IMG/VR virus record: IMGVR_UViG_3300010334_000030
Coordinates: 64,001-128,000 of that record
Strand: one strand, 5' to 3'
Origin: a virus
Length of the DNA: 64,000 bases
Positions within the stretch are counted from its first letter, which is position 1; every line of letters begins with the position of its first letter. Below are positions 49,044 through 58,223 of this stretch, piece by piece. Under the pieces are notes generated by a model. It saw nothing but the letters and a program-made list of their open reading frames with translations, was not told where the DNA came from and did not search any database. The translations under genes were made by a program, and so were the position numbers.

Positions 49044-49949
49044 TTAACCTAATGTTTCTGTCGTTCCCTCAATATCACCAACTTTTTCTAGTTCGTCTGC
49101 ACTTGTAGTAGAAGTTTGATATGTTGCAGCCAAAGTACCAGCTATCTGCTGATTGTCTGGGCTTTCTAGAGCTTCCGCACCTCTTTTTAAAAGATCGTCC
49201 TTTACCTTCTTTGCACCCTGTTTTGCAAGATCTAATGCTTGTTTAAAAGCTTTTGATTTATTTGCTAAAGTATTTATTTTCTTAACAGATTTTAGGTTAT
49301 TGAAAGCAGATTTAACTTTCTTTAGCTTGGATGTTACCTTAGCTACGTTTTTAAGAGCTTTTACTCCTTTTACTGCTTTTTGAACACCATTTAATGCTTT
49401 CAAAGCTTTAGATCCTTTACTAACGAAGCTAATGATTTTTTGAGCATACATTAAACCTGCAGGAACGCCACAAGCAGTTAATGCAACAGAAGCAACCATC
49501 ATTATAATAGGCATGGCTTTTTTAATTACCTTGACTGCTTTTTGTGCAAACTTTTTAAGACCCGCACCTAGTTTTTTCCAAAATTTTTCATTAAGTGCTA
49601 AATATCCATTAAGCTCTTCCTCACTTAAATTCTCAACAGAATCTATACCTAGATCTTCAGCAAGATAATTTAAGAAATCCCTTTCACTGAAATCATCAAA
49701 GTGCTCCTTTAAAAATTCAGAAAGAGACATATCTTCAGGGATATCAAAATCCTCGTTCAAGTCATTCATATCAAATCCAAGCTTCTCTGCAACTAAATCT
49801 AAGTAACCCTTACCCTCTGTAAGAACCATCTCATCAATTGCACGAAGCTGTTCAACGGTTAGGTTGTCAAGATCAAAACTCTTACATGACTCAAAAAGGG
49901 GTGATTTGTTAGATCCTTGAGAACTGCTAAATGGCAATATATTTTTCAT
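49044..49949 (-). CDS. Probable internal head/ejection protein: acidic pro-region, LNE site, cationic amphipathic helix and hydrophobic segment
   Basis: ...LALNE|KFWKKLGAGLKKFAQKAVKVIKK AMPIIMMVASVALTACGVPAGLMYA. Confidence 0.7.
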   Translation of the reverse strand: MKNILPFSSSQGSNKSPLFESCKSFDLDNLTVEQLRAIDEMVLTEGKGYLDLVAEKLGFDMNDLNEDFDIPEDMSLSEFLKEHFDDFSERDFLNYLAEDLGIDSVENLSEEELNGYLALNEKFWKKLGAGLKKFAQKAVKVIKKAMPIIMMVASVALTACGVPAGLMYAQKIISFVSKGSKALKALNGVQKAVKGVKALKNVAKVTSKLKKVKSAFNNLKSVKKINTLANKSKAFKQALDLAKQGAKKVKDDLLKRGAEALESPDNQQIAGTLAATYQTSTTSADELEKVGDIEGTTETLG

Positions 49950-49984
49950 AAGTCTTTATGTTTGTTATATTCTATATTGGATAA

Positions 49985-50701
49985 TTATCCGTCATTTTCG
50001 TCGTCTTCTGGCTCAAGGTCTGCTGCATTCTCTGGTACTGTTGAAGGAGGAATCTGTTTCTTTACAGATTTAGCGGTTTCAACCGCAGCGGTAAAAGCAG
50101 GAGCTATGTTTTTAATTGTTTGCATATTATCAGCACTGAAAAGCGCTTTTGCTCCATTCTTCTTTACATCATTAAAAACTTTACCTAAACTTGCCTGAAC
50201 TACATCAGCAGTCTTTCCCATTTCTGGGTTTGAATCCGATTTAGAAATCAATTTTGTTATATTAGGATATTTAGCAGCTAGTTTTCCAAGTCCACCCTGG
50301 AATTTACCAAGAAAAGCTTTAAGTTTTGGACTAGCATCAGCGGGAATCACTTTTGATATAATAGGACCAGCTATACTTTTCACCTTAGCTACTACTTCTT
50401 TTGCTTTATTAAAAGCTTTTTTCAACCAACCTTTCTCGTTAATATTGTACTCATCAGATTCGTCTAACATTTCAAAATCAAATTCATAGTCATCAGATAT
50501 ACCCTCTCTCATACAGATAAGGTCAAATGTACAAATTCCGTGATTTTCTGCCAATCTATCAAGATCTGCCAATTCCTGCTCGTTTAGGGAATTGAAGTCT
50601 AAATGACTAACGCTTTCTAAAAGCTCGGATTCATCTATTTTATAATATCCTGAGATTTCTTTTTCTGAACCGTAGTTCTCAAATGCAACGATGTTTTTCA
50701 T
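49985..50701 (-). CDS. Probable internal head/ejection protein (paralog family with 49044 and 50724 genes)
   Basis: MKNIVAFENY; LDRLAENHGICTFDLICMRE; YNINE|KGWLKKAFNKAKEVVAKVK. Confidence 0.7.
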   Translation of the reverse strand: MKNIVAFENYGSEKEISGYYKIDESELLESVSHLDFNSLNEQELADLDRLAENHGICTFDLICMREGISDDYEFDFEMLDESDEYNINEKGWLKKAFNKAKEVVAKVKSIAGPIISKVIPADASPKLKAFLGKFQGGLGKLAAKYPNITKLISKSDSNPEMGKTADVVQASLGKVFNDVKKNGAKALFSADNMQTIKNIAPAFTAAVETAKSVKKQIPPSTVPENAADLEPEDDENDG

Positions 50702-50723
50702 TTTTCTATTTTTATTTTTTTAT

Positions 50724-51452
50724 TTAGGCTGTCGGAATGTCACTAGATGACCATGGCTTTGGATCAGTTACGGCCTTAGGTACATTATTCTTTTCACCGT
50801 TCTTATTTCCTGTTTCTTTTATATTAAAAACCACCTCTTTTATAGCGGTTTGAATGATACCTATGCCCATACTAGAGCGTTTGTTGTCTTCGCTAAAAAG
50901 AGAACTTTGTGCTCTAGATTCATTATCTTTTAAAACCTTACCGTAAGTATTCACCAAAACATTAACGACATATTTATGCTCCGGAGTTTTATTTGCAATA
51001 TCGTAAAGTTCTTCCGAAGATTTAGGTCCTTTTGCAAGGGCTTTCTTTAAACCTTTTATGTACATATCAACAACTTTATTTATTGTTTGTAATGTCTTTG
51101 GTGGCATCGGTTCTTTTTTCTTGTCACCATCTATACTTAGACCATCTATTGCTTTTTTTACATCAGGCTTGATTTTGTTAATTTGTTCATTAACTGTTTT
51201 TACTAGCCAACCTGGTGCTGATGATTCATATATTTCATAATCAGAAGAAAAGTTTTCCGGCTCGTTCATACAAACAACATCAAGTGTGCAAAGATCTGAG
51301 GATTCAACCAACATATCTAATTGGTAGAAATCATCCTCGTTTATTTTTTCATACCCTCCATTAGACTCGTTTAAATTAAAAGACTTCTTTAGTATTTTCT
51401 GCACAGTATTAAAAACTGCATAGTTGTTAAAGGAAAAAAGATTACTGTTCAT
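50724..51452 (-). CDS. Probable internal head protein (paralog of 49985 gene)
   Basis: LFSFNNY; LNES; LDMLVESSDLCTLDVVCMNE; GWLVKTVNE; GKVLKD..SLFSEDN matches GKVFND..ALFSADN of neighbour. Confidence 0.7.
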   Translation of the reverse strand: MNSNLFSFNNYAVFNTVQKILKKSFNLNESNGGYEKINEDDFYQLDMLVESSDLCTLDVVCMNEPENFSSDYEIYESSAPGWLVKTVNEQINKIKPDVKKAIDGLSIDGDKKKEPMPPKTLQTINKVVDMYIKGLKKALAKGPKSSEELYDIANKTPEHKYVVNVLVNTYGKVLKDNESRAQSSLFSEDNKRSSMGIGIIQTAIKEVVFNIKETGNKNGEKNNVPKAVTDPKPWSSSDIPTA

Positions 51453-51469
51453 AGTTTAATTTATATTTG

Positions 51470-51477
51470 TATATATC
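51470..51477 (-). promoter_or_regulatory. Putative late promoter GATATATA
   Basis: 18 nt upstream of ATG 51452. Confidence 0.65.
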
Positions 51478-51479
51478 AT

Positions 51480-53951
51480 TTATAGGCTATCCGAATTTAC
51501 ACATTTAAAAGGGGAGAACTGAGGAACATCCTCAAAGGAAGTTGAATTCATTCTTTTAACATGTGCCGCAATTGAAGGATAAAGATCTGAAGCTATATAA
51601 TATAGTGTTTTTCCTAATATCTCTTTAACCCCTGAATTTTCTGGAGACTTTTTAGATGGCAGTTTAATAAGGGATAAAAATCCAGATAGTGACTTAGAAG
51701 GATCTTTAGACTCTTCTGTGCTCAGCTTATCTATAAGAGAATTACGATCGGATACCACTATTTTAGCACCTTCAAAACCAAGTAAAAATATATCTCCTGA
51801 ATCAACATCGCTTAAAGATGAATCTATGCTATCCTTAACTAATCTGTTACAGGTTGATTCACCCATAATATTATCATGGATCCACTTTATGCAGCTTACG
51901 AATTTATCACCATCAAAAGTTATACAATTCGAAAGCATAACCAAGAGATTATTTAGCATAGAGAAGTCCTTATCGTCTAAATCTGGAGATTTCTCATCAG
52001 ACTGAAGAACAGATTTAATTGACTGTGCAATTGCTCCTTTTAATAAGTTATAGCTTATAAAAGGGATTGTACTGTTTTCAACGGAAGCAGAATAAACAGT
52101 TTGATATGCCTTAGAACCTTTTAGAGATTCTCCCGCTTTTTTGTTAAATTCTTTTATACCAGAGTATCTCCATTCAGGTCTAATTAAACCAAATGTTCTC
52201 CACCCGTTCATATAGTTTGTAATGAAGTCCAAGCAATCCTCATCATCTAAAGTTGTTAGCTTTCTAGACTCTGCCCATTTTTTCCAGTTGCAAGGTGTCT
52301 TTATTGAAGACGTTGATATGTTGATATTATAAACACCACCTGAAGTGTAGAAATAAGAAAACTCACCCTCAGGTACTGCTCCATCTACAGCTTTGCTCCA
52401 AGCAGCAATAAAATCAGGGGTATATGAAGATTTGAGACTTCCATCACCCTTAATAAAATCGTCACTTTCTATTTTTAGACTGTATTTTCTTCTAAGCTTC
52501 TTTGCTAAAGAATCAACACCTGTAGTTTTTGTACTATCAGATTCAGTGTCTTCCAATTGGGATACCTGAACACCAGCTCCTGCAATTGATTTATATTGGC
52601 TGTCTAATTCTTTTTCGAACTCTGAGTTGTTGATAAATATTTTCTCCTCGTTCAATCTAGAATATCTTCTACCGTATGATCTTGATTCGTTTACTGGAGA
52701 TTTAATCTTATCTACAGCATCTCTTATTGCTAATTTATCCTTGTTTGAAATCCAATCAGAAGAAAGAAAAGAATCTAATAGACTTTTATCTATTTCACCG
52801 TTTGTGTTTTTGTTACCAGCCATTTTTTGGATGGTCATAACAACTGCATGCGTAGATGGACCAAATTTACCATTAAGTCCCTTTTTAGATTTAATCAATC
52901 TTGCAGCTGAAGGTATTCCGTTGCATAATGCAGTTTGTATAGCAAAAATTAAACCACTATCTTTGAATCTAGGATCAGTGTCTGAATCTCCTCTCTTTAT
53001 AGGAAAAAGAGATTTGCTGATCTCATTTTCTCTAGCTTCGTGTCCGTCTTTTATATCTTTTATTGCAATAGAATATTGAGTTTGAGCTCTTGTTAGGTTA
53101 TCTAATGCCTGACGATTTAAATCTGCAACATCAACATAAGAAGAGTAAACTTCTTCCTCGCCTTCCAAGTTCTGTAAAGCTTTATTTGAAGCATTTACCA
53201 AGGATTTATTAAATTCATCTTGGAACTTTTCAACTTGTTTTTCTAAATCCTCTAATATTTTTTTATTTTTCTCACCTCCACCTTTATAATCCAATGACTG
53301 CCTTCTTTGGTCTAATTCAATAAATGTTCTTTTCCAGTCTCTAGCATAGCCTCTACTTGAATCCTTACCCTCAGATGATGTTATCAGATTAGCTAAAATC
53401 TTTTTTAGATTTTTAACTCTCCCCGAATATCCTATAAAGATAGATTCATTAAGGGATTCTGCTTCTGCCCTTAACATCTTTTCTTCTTCCTCCTCTGCTT
53501 GCTGTGCAATAGAATCCAAGGTGTTTTGAATTTTCATTGGATCTATTTTAAACTTCTTAAGAATAAATGAATCAGTTTTTCCTTTACCTATTTCAGAAGC
53601 TCTATTTAAAGCATCTAAGAATTTGCTTAGACTTTCTATATACAGTCTTTTAACCTCTGCAAATCTAGAATCACTCACGTCCGCATCGTTAGAATAATCT
53701 AATAGCTTTCCAGTTAATGATTTTACGGTTTTAGATTTTGCTAAATCTGAAAGCTTATCCCTCATTACATCGGGATTTCTATCTCTCTTTTTAGCTAAAT
53801 CAAAATTTAAAATCTTAAAAATGTTCAGTGCCTGATCACATATTTTAGAAAGTACAGGTTCAACTTTCTCGTTCTCAAAAAGATTCTCATTATAAAATCC
53901 TAAAATACTCTTCGCAACTGGATTGTAAATATACGGGTTTTTATTCATCAT
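51480..53951 (-). CDS. 823-aa coiled-coil protein with peptidoglycan-binding (PG_binding_1-like) domain and several LNE/VNE sites
   Basis: IKRGDS...IFAIQTAL...NGKFGPSTHAVVMTIQK...NGEID at about 52767-53000; SLNES, PVNES, RLNEE. Confidence 0.7.
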   Translation of the reverse strand: MMNKNPYIYNPVAKSILGFYNENLFENEKVEPVLSKICDQALNIFKILNFDLAKKRDRNPDVMRDKLSDLAKSKTVKSLTGKLLDYSNDADVSDSRFAEVKRLYIESLSKFLDALNRASEIGKGKTDSFILKKFKIDPMKIQNTLDSIAQQAEEEEEKMLRAEAESLNESIFIGYSGRVKNLKKILANLITSSEGKDSSRGYARDWKRTFIELDQRRQSLDYKGGGEKNKKILEDLEKQVEKFQDEFNKSLVNASNKALQNLEGEEEVYSSYVDVADLNRQALDNLTRAQTQYSIAIKDIKDGHEARENEISKSLFPIKRGDSDTDPRFKDSGLIFAIQTALCNGIPSAARLIKSKKGLNGKFGPSTHAVVMTIQKMAGNKNTNGEIDKSLLDSFLSSDWISNKDKLAIRDAVDKIKSPVNESRSYGRRYSRLNEEKIFINNSEFEKELDSQYKSIAGAGVQVSQLEDTESDSTKTTGVDSLAKKLRRKYSLKIESDDFIKGDGSLKSSYTPDFIAAWSKAVDGAVPEGEFSYFYTSGGVYNINISTSSIKTPCNWKKWAESRKLTTLDDEDCLDFITNYMNGWRTFGLIRPEWRYSGIKEFNKKAGESLKGSKAYQTVYSASVENSTIPFISYNLLKGAIAQSIKSVLQSDEKSPDLDDKDFSMLNNLLVMLSNCITFDGDKFVSCIKWIHDNIMGESTCNRLVKDSIDSSLSDVDSGDIFLLGFEGAKIVVSDRNSLIDKLSTEESKDPSKSLSGFLSLIKLPSKKSPENSGVKEILGKTLYYIASDLYPSIAAHVKRMNSTSFEDVPQFSPFKCVNSDSL

Positions 53952-53962
53952 ATCTTAGTTTT

Positions 53963-54235
53963 TTAATATCTAGGAGTAGTTCCAGGAGTTCCTCCCGGCG
54001 TGGTGTTTTTTAATTTTAATGCATCTGTAAGGGATTTCATTAAATTCGGAATCTTTGCATATAATTCAGACTGTTTAGTTAAACTAGTGATCTCACTATT
54101 AACATCACCAGCTTTTTTCAGTTTTTTAGCATCACTTATAGCATCAAAAGTTTCAGAAATTTGTGTTCTGATTCTTTCAATTTTAGTGTGCGTGCTATCA
54201 GCTTCGTTTACTACAAATTGGTCAAAGTTAAGCAT
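53963..54235 (-). CDS. Small probable internal head protein (90 aa)
   Basis: N-terminus MLNFDQFVVNE is a close match to the capsid-targeting pattern. Confidence 0.7.
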   Translation of the reverse strand: MLNFDQFVVNEADSTHTKIERIRTQISETFDAISDAKKLKKAGDVNSEITSLTKQSELYAKIPNLMKSLTDALKLKNTTPGGTPGTTPRY

Positions 54236-55139
54236 ATCTTTTAGCTATTGTTATTTTAGATCTAAGATCTCTGATCTCAGACATGTATTTTTCTCTAATT
54301 TCTTTTATCCTTTTGGCGGCATAATTTCTTTTAGCGACATCGTCAGGATTCTTATCAATCTCAGTGTTTAGAAGATCTCTTTCCATATCTAGAGCGACAT
54401 ATTTATCATCTCTTTCATTAATAAGAAAAGAAACTAACTTCTTAGCAACGTCGCGAGGGAATCCCTTTACGGCTTCTGCAAATTCAACCACAGATAGTTT
54501 AGTTAGCATTTCAAATCTAACATCAGGGGTTCCTATTTCGTCAAAATCCATAGGAACTCTAGAAATCCTAGGGGATCTTTCCGGTGATCTCATTGATAAG
54601 AAATCTCCATATTCTTCTTTGAACTCTTTGTCCTTCTCTCTTGATTGGACTATTGCCCTTTTGTATTTAGAATATAAATCTTTCGATAAATCCTCATCAG
54701 CCAGCATCTTAGCTCTTCTGTACATCTCCTCAGAAACTTCTGAATCTATTCTTGATTTATTTACTTCCCAGTAATCTTGAAGCCTTTTATTCTCACCTAT
54801 AATTCTTTTAACCTTTAAAAAAATCTCGTCAGTTTTAGCCTTATGAGCTTTAGTTGCTGCAGGTAATATAGATTGATTACGATCTATCATACGCTCAATC
54901 CTTTTTATCTCTGCAGGATCACTCGAAGTTTGTCCTCTCTGTAATGAAAGTTTATCTATTTCAGTTTTAACTTCGTCCCACTCGTCAACATATCTTAATT
55001 CAGCAGTTTTATATTCGCCTAATAATGTATCAATCTTTTGAATATGACCTCCGAAAGCTGAGCTTATCCAATTCTTCAGACGATCCGTCATTGATGACTC
55101 GTTTAATGCACTCCAATCTTTAAATTTCAACAAAGACAT
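54228..55139 (-). CDS. Probable internal head protein, coiled-coil (paralog of 55139 gene)
   Basis: MSLLKFKDWSALNE|SSMTDRLKNWISSAFGG. Confidence 0.7.
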   Translation of the reverse strand: MSLLKFKDWSALNESSMTDRLKNWISSAFGGHIQKIDTLLGEYKTAELRYVDEWDEVKTEIDKLSLQRGQTSSDPAEIKRIERMIDRNQSILPAATKAHKAKTDEIFLKVKRIIGENKRLQDYWEVNKSRIDSEVSEEMYRRAKMLADEDLSKDLYSKYKRAIVQSREKDKEFKEEYGDFLSMRSPERSPRISRVPMDFDEIGTPDVRFEMLTKLSVVEFAEAVKGFPRDVAKKLVSFLINERDDKYVALDMERDLLNTEIDKNPDDVAKRNYAAKRIKEIREKYMSEIRDLRSKITIAKRYA

Positions 55140-56281
55140 TATTTAGTTATTTTTTTGATTGCATTTTTAAGCTTGTCTACTTCAACTTCTCCAGTTCCGT
55201 CCTTTAGGTTCTTAGCAAACAGGGAAGTTATAATTTTTTTAGTTCCAGTATTAGCATCTTGTCCGTCTATTACTGAGTAGTTGATCATATCTATAATATT
55301 AGAAAATCCACTACCAGATAGCTTAGATTTTATTTCATCAGGATTACTACCTAAAGATTTAAAAGCACTCAAAAGATTAGTTTTAGAATCTAAAGTTGAA
55401 GCTAATTCAAGAAGTTGAATTTTTGTATTATTAACAAATCCAACCGATGCTTTTCCTTTAGAGCTTAACTTCTTTTCTAGAGCTTTTAGTACAGTTTCCA
55501 TCTCTGACTTTATATCTATTATCTCTTTAGCTAGCTCATTTTTTCTCTTTATAAGATCAGATGATTTCTTAGAAGATATTTTCTTTTTCTCCTCTTGCGC
55601 ATCAACCCTTTCGACAGGTTTTATATTTTTTTCTTCCTCTGCACTATCTTCAATATCATCTTCAAGCTCTTTAATCTTCTCTGCAGCTTCACGTTTAGCT
55701 TTTAGTATTTTCTCCTCGTATTTTTTATTCTCCGAAGAGCTTGATCTTTCCTTAGCTATTTTGTATTCATTTTTAGCTATAGCTATTTCATCCTCCGCGC
55801 GTCCTGCTTCGTAATACTCCTTTCTTCTAGGACTGTTTGCAACCAGCTTAGAAATATGTTCTAAACATTTTTTAATCTTCAATTTTTGAGATTTTAAATA
55901 GGTTTCTAGCTCTTTAATTTTGGAATCCCGGTCTTTTGTTAGCGCTAACATTTTTTGTCTATCGTTAGATCTTGACAGTAAACTTATCTGGTCCTGAATA
56001 TCATCAATCTCATTTTCAAGATTTGCTCTTTGTTCAATCACATCTATTTCAAGATCAACTAGTATTTTTCTAGTATCATCGATCATCCCAGTTCTAGATA
56101 AAGGACCTAAAAAAAACTTGGAAGCTGAATTTTTAATTCTATCCATTAAAGCACCTTCGTTTACGGTGTAATAAGGGTCTGCTCTTTCAAGTTCAGAAAA
56201 CCCCCTTATTAAATCGGAATCAACAGATTCTAAAAGTGAATCATATTTTTTGAATTCGTTAAATGATGGAATATTTTTCAT
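55139..56281 (-). CDS. Probable internal head protein, coiled-coil
   Basis: MKNIPSFNEFKKYDSLLE; VNE|GALMDRIKNSASKFFLG. Confidence 0.7.
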   Translation of the reverse strand: MKNIPSFNEFKKYDSLLESVDSDLIRGFSELERADPYYTVNEGALMDRIKNSASKFFLGPLSRTGMIDDTRKILVDLEIDVIEQRANLENEIDDIQDQISLLSRSNDRQKMLALTKDRDSKIKELETYLKSQKLKIKKCLEHISKLVANSPRRKEYYEAGRAEDEIAIAKNEYKIAKERSSSSENKKYEEKILKAKREAAEKIKELEDDIEDSAEEEKNIKPVERVDAQEEKKKISSKKSSDLIKRKNELAKEIIDIKSEMETVLKALEKKLSSKGKASVGFVNNTKIQLLELASTLDSKTNLLSAFKSLGSNPDEIKSKLSGSGFSNIIDMINYSVIDGQDANTGTKKIITSLFAKNLKDGTGEVEVDKLKNAIKKITK

Positions 56282-56309
56282 ATTACTACACGAGTCTAAT
56301 TTTACTTAG

Positions 56310-56317
56310 TATATATC
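56310..56317 (-). promoter_or_regulatory. Putative late promoter GATATATA
   Basis: 29 nt upstream of ATG 56281, after the capsid terminator. Confidence 0.65.
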
Positions 56318-56372
56318 CTTTTCAGTTTCGGTATCTTAATGTTAAAGAGGAAAATGTAAGCATGGGGCAAAT

Positions 56373-56402
56373 AAAAAACCCTAAGGCAACTTAGGGTTTT
56401 TT
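56373..56402 (-). terminator. Strong rho-independent terminator after major capsid gene
   Basis: AAAAAACCCTAAG-GCAA-CTTAGGGTTTTTT perfect hairpin. Confidence 0.9.
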
Positions 56403-56420
56403 GTATGTTTAGTTTAATGA

Positions 56421-58199
56421 TTAAACTATACCACCTGATGGGATGTTTACGAAGAATGTAATATACATTGTTTCAGGTAAGAAACCAGCTTCAACTAGAG
56501 CGTATCTAGATTTAACTGCGATCTTAGGAGACATTGTACCTTCAGAGATAGTCTGAATTGATTCAGCCATCATGTAAGGCATAAACTTAAGACCTGGTTC
56601 GTCATCACCACCTTTTCTACCAACTAGGATTCTAGTATCGGCGTAGTTCATGTTCTGATCTACGTAAACAGTCATACCAGCAAGAGAACCTACAGGGTAT
56701 AATGTACCGTTATTTTGAGTCAAAGTGTTAGAGAATGGAGCGAATGTGAACTGGCTAATGTCTTGCAAAGCAGAAGCGATTTGAGAGTTAGTAACGATGA
56801 AGTTAGCAGGTCCTCTTCTACCTCTGTTAGCAACTACGTTAGCAGCAGCAAGGATTCTAGAGAATAATCTTCTTTGTAAAGTTGATTGGTTCTCAAAGTT
56901 GTTAGTCGCGATTTGACCAGGAACTGCTAAGGTAACACCAGAGTCATCTTTACCTACGTAAGCAGCTGTGTTAGCAGCAGCTGAAGTAGACAAGTTCAAG
57001 TTCAAGTTTTGTCCATCAACGTTGTTGAATTGTACGTGGTTTGACCAACCTAAAGCGAATGCTCTAGAAAGGATGTGCTTGTTAATAGCTTGAGAAACCT
57101 CGTTAACAAGAGCGTTTTCAATCATTGAAATCACATCGATACCGAATTGCTTATTCAAATCTTGGATTTGCTCAGTTGTAACAGAAGCAGCAACTTGGAA
57201 AGTCTCAGCTTCTACGAACTTAGTGAAAGTAGAAAGACCCATTGAGTTGTAGTATGTAGATTCTCCAACCGCTCTTAACATTGGGTTGTAAGTCTTAGTA
57301 CCATCAACATATGGTCCTTGTAAAGCATTGTCATTGTTGAAACCAGCACCAGAGAAACCTTGGATATGATCTTCAAGAGCTTTAACCAATGAAGCTGTAC
57401 TTGCAACAGTTGCAGTTGCAAGAGGAGCAGTAAGTGAAGCAGCAGCAGTTGCAGCAGCAGTAGCGCTATAAGGAGAAGCTACAACTTTAATGTAAGCAGC
57501 AGTTGTAGTTTGAACTATACTAGCAACGTTATATCCATTAGTAATGTCCAAGATACTGAAGATTGGACTTCCGTCTATTCTTGAAAGACCAACAAATGCA
57601 GCACTAATGTATGCAGAAGCTGTACCAATTACGTAAGTGATACTGCTTGAGTTTGCAGCAGAAGGAATGCTAAATGTTCCTGATGTAGCACCTACAGTAC
57701 CAGTAGCGCCGTAAGCAGCAAATTTAATCATTGCAGGAGCATCAGCTAAATCTGCACCAGCAGAAGCTGAAGTAGCACCAGAGATTTTACCACCAGCATA
57801 TACGTAGTCTAAGTAAGACAAGATACCAGTAGGACCAGACATTGGGATAACAGGAACGATATCAAAACCAACAGTCTTCGCAGCTACTTGAATAGCTAAA
57901 GGAAGTAATGAAGGGAATTTATCGCCTGAACCTTGATATCCAGTGTTGTAGAAGTTAGCATTAGCACTCGTACCAAAAGTAGTGTTACCGTAGCTAGCAC
58001 CTGGGAATAAAGGAGCTTGTACAGCACCCATACCGTTTACTACACCTAAAGTGTTGTAAGCACCAGCAGATTCGTTTAATGAATGGTAGTGACAATATTT
58101 AGTCAGCCATCCTTTTTTGCTTTCATCTGTAATACCTGCTTTGCTCTCGATTAGAGGCGCCCAAGTACTATAGATTTCTTGTTCGTTAATCAATTTCAT
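56421..58199 (-). CDS. gp23: Major capsid protein (T4 gp23-like)
   Basis: DIVPVIPMSGPTG, EQIQDLNKQFGIDV, RGRRGPANFIVT, VGSLAGMTVYVD, LVGRKG, FMPY, PKIAVKSRYAL; strongly biased codon usage; follows protease/scaffold. Confidence 0.95.
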   Translation of the reverse strand: MKLINEQEIYSTWAPLIESKAGITDESKKGWLTKYCHYHSLNESAGAYNTLGVVNGMGAVQAPLFPGASYGNTTFGTSANANFYNTGYQGSGDKFPSLLPLAIQVAAKTVGFDIVPVIPMSGPTGILSYLDYVYAGGKISGATSASAGADLADAPAMIKFAAYGATGTVGATSGTFSIPSAANSSSITYVIGTASAYISAAFVGLSRIDGSPIFSILDITNGYNVASIVQTTTAAYIKVVASPYSATAAATAAASLTAPLATATVASTASLVKALEDHIQGFSGAGFNNDNALQGPYVDGTKTYNPMLRAVGESTYYNSMGLSTFTKFVEAETFQVAASVTTEQIQDLNKQFGIDVISMIENALVNEVSQAINKHILSRAFALGWSNHVQFNNVDGQNLNLNLSTSAAANTAAYVGKDDSGVTLAVPGQIATNNFENQSTLQRRLFSRILAAANVVANRGRRGPANFIVTNSQIASALQDISQFTFAPFSNTLTQNNGTLYPVGSLAGMTVYVDQNMNYADTRILVGRKGGDDEPGLKFMPYMMAESIQTISEGTMSPKIAVKSRYALVEAGFLPETMYITFFVNIPSGGIV

Positions 58200-58223
58200 G
58201 ATTTGTGTTTATTATTTTTGTTT

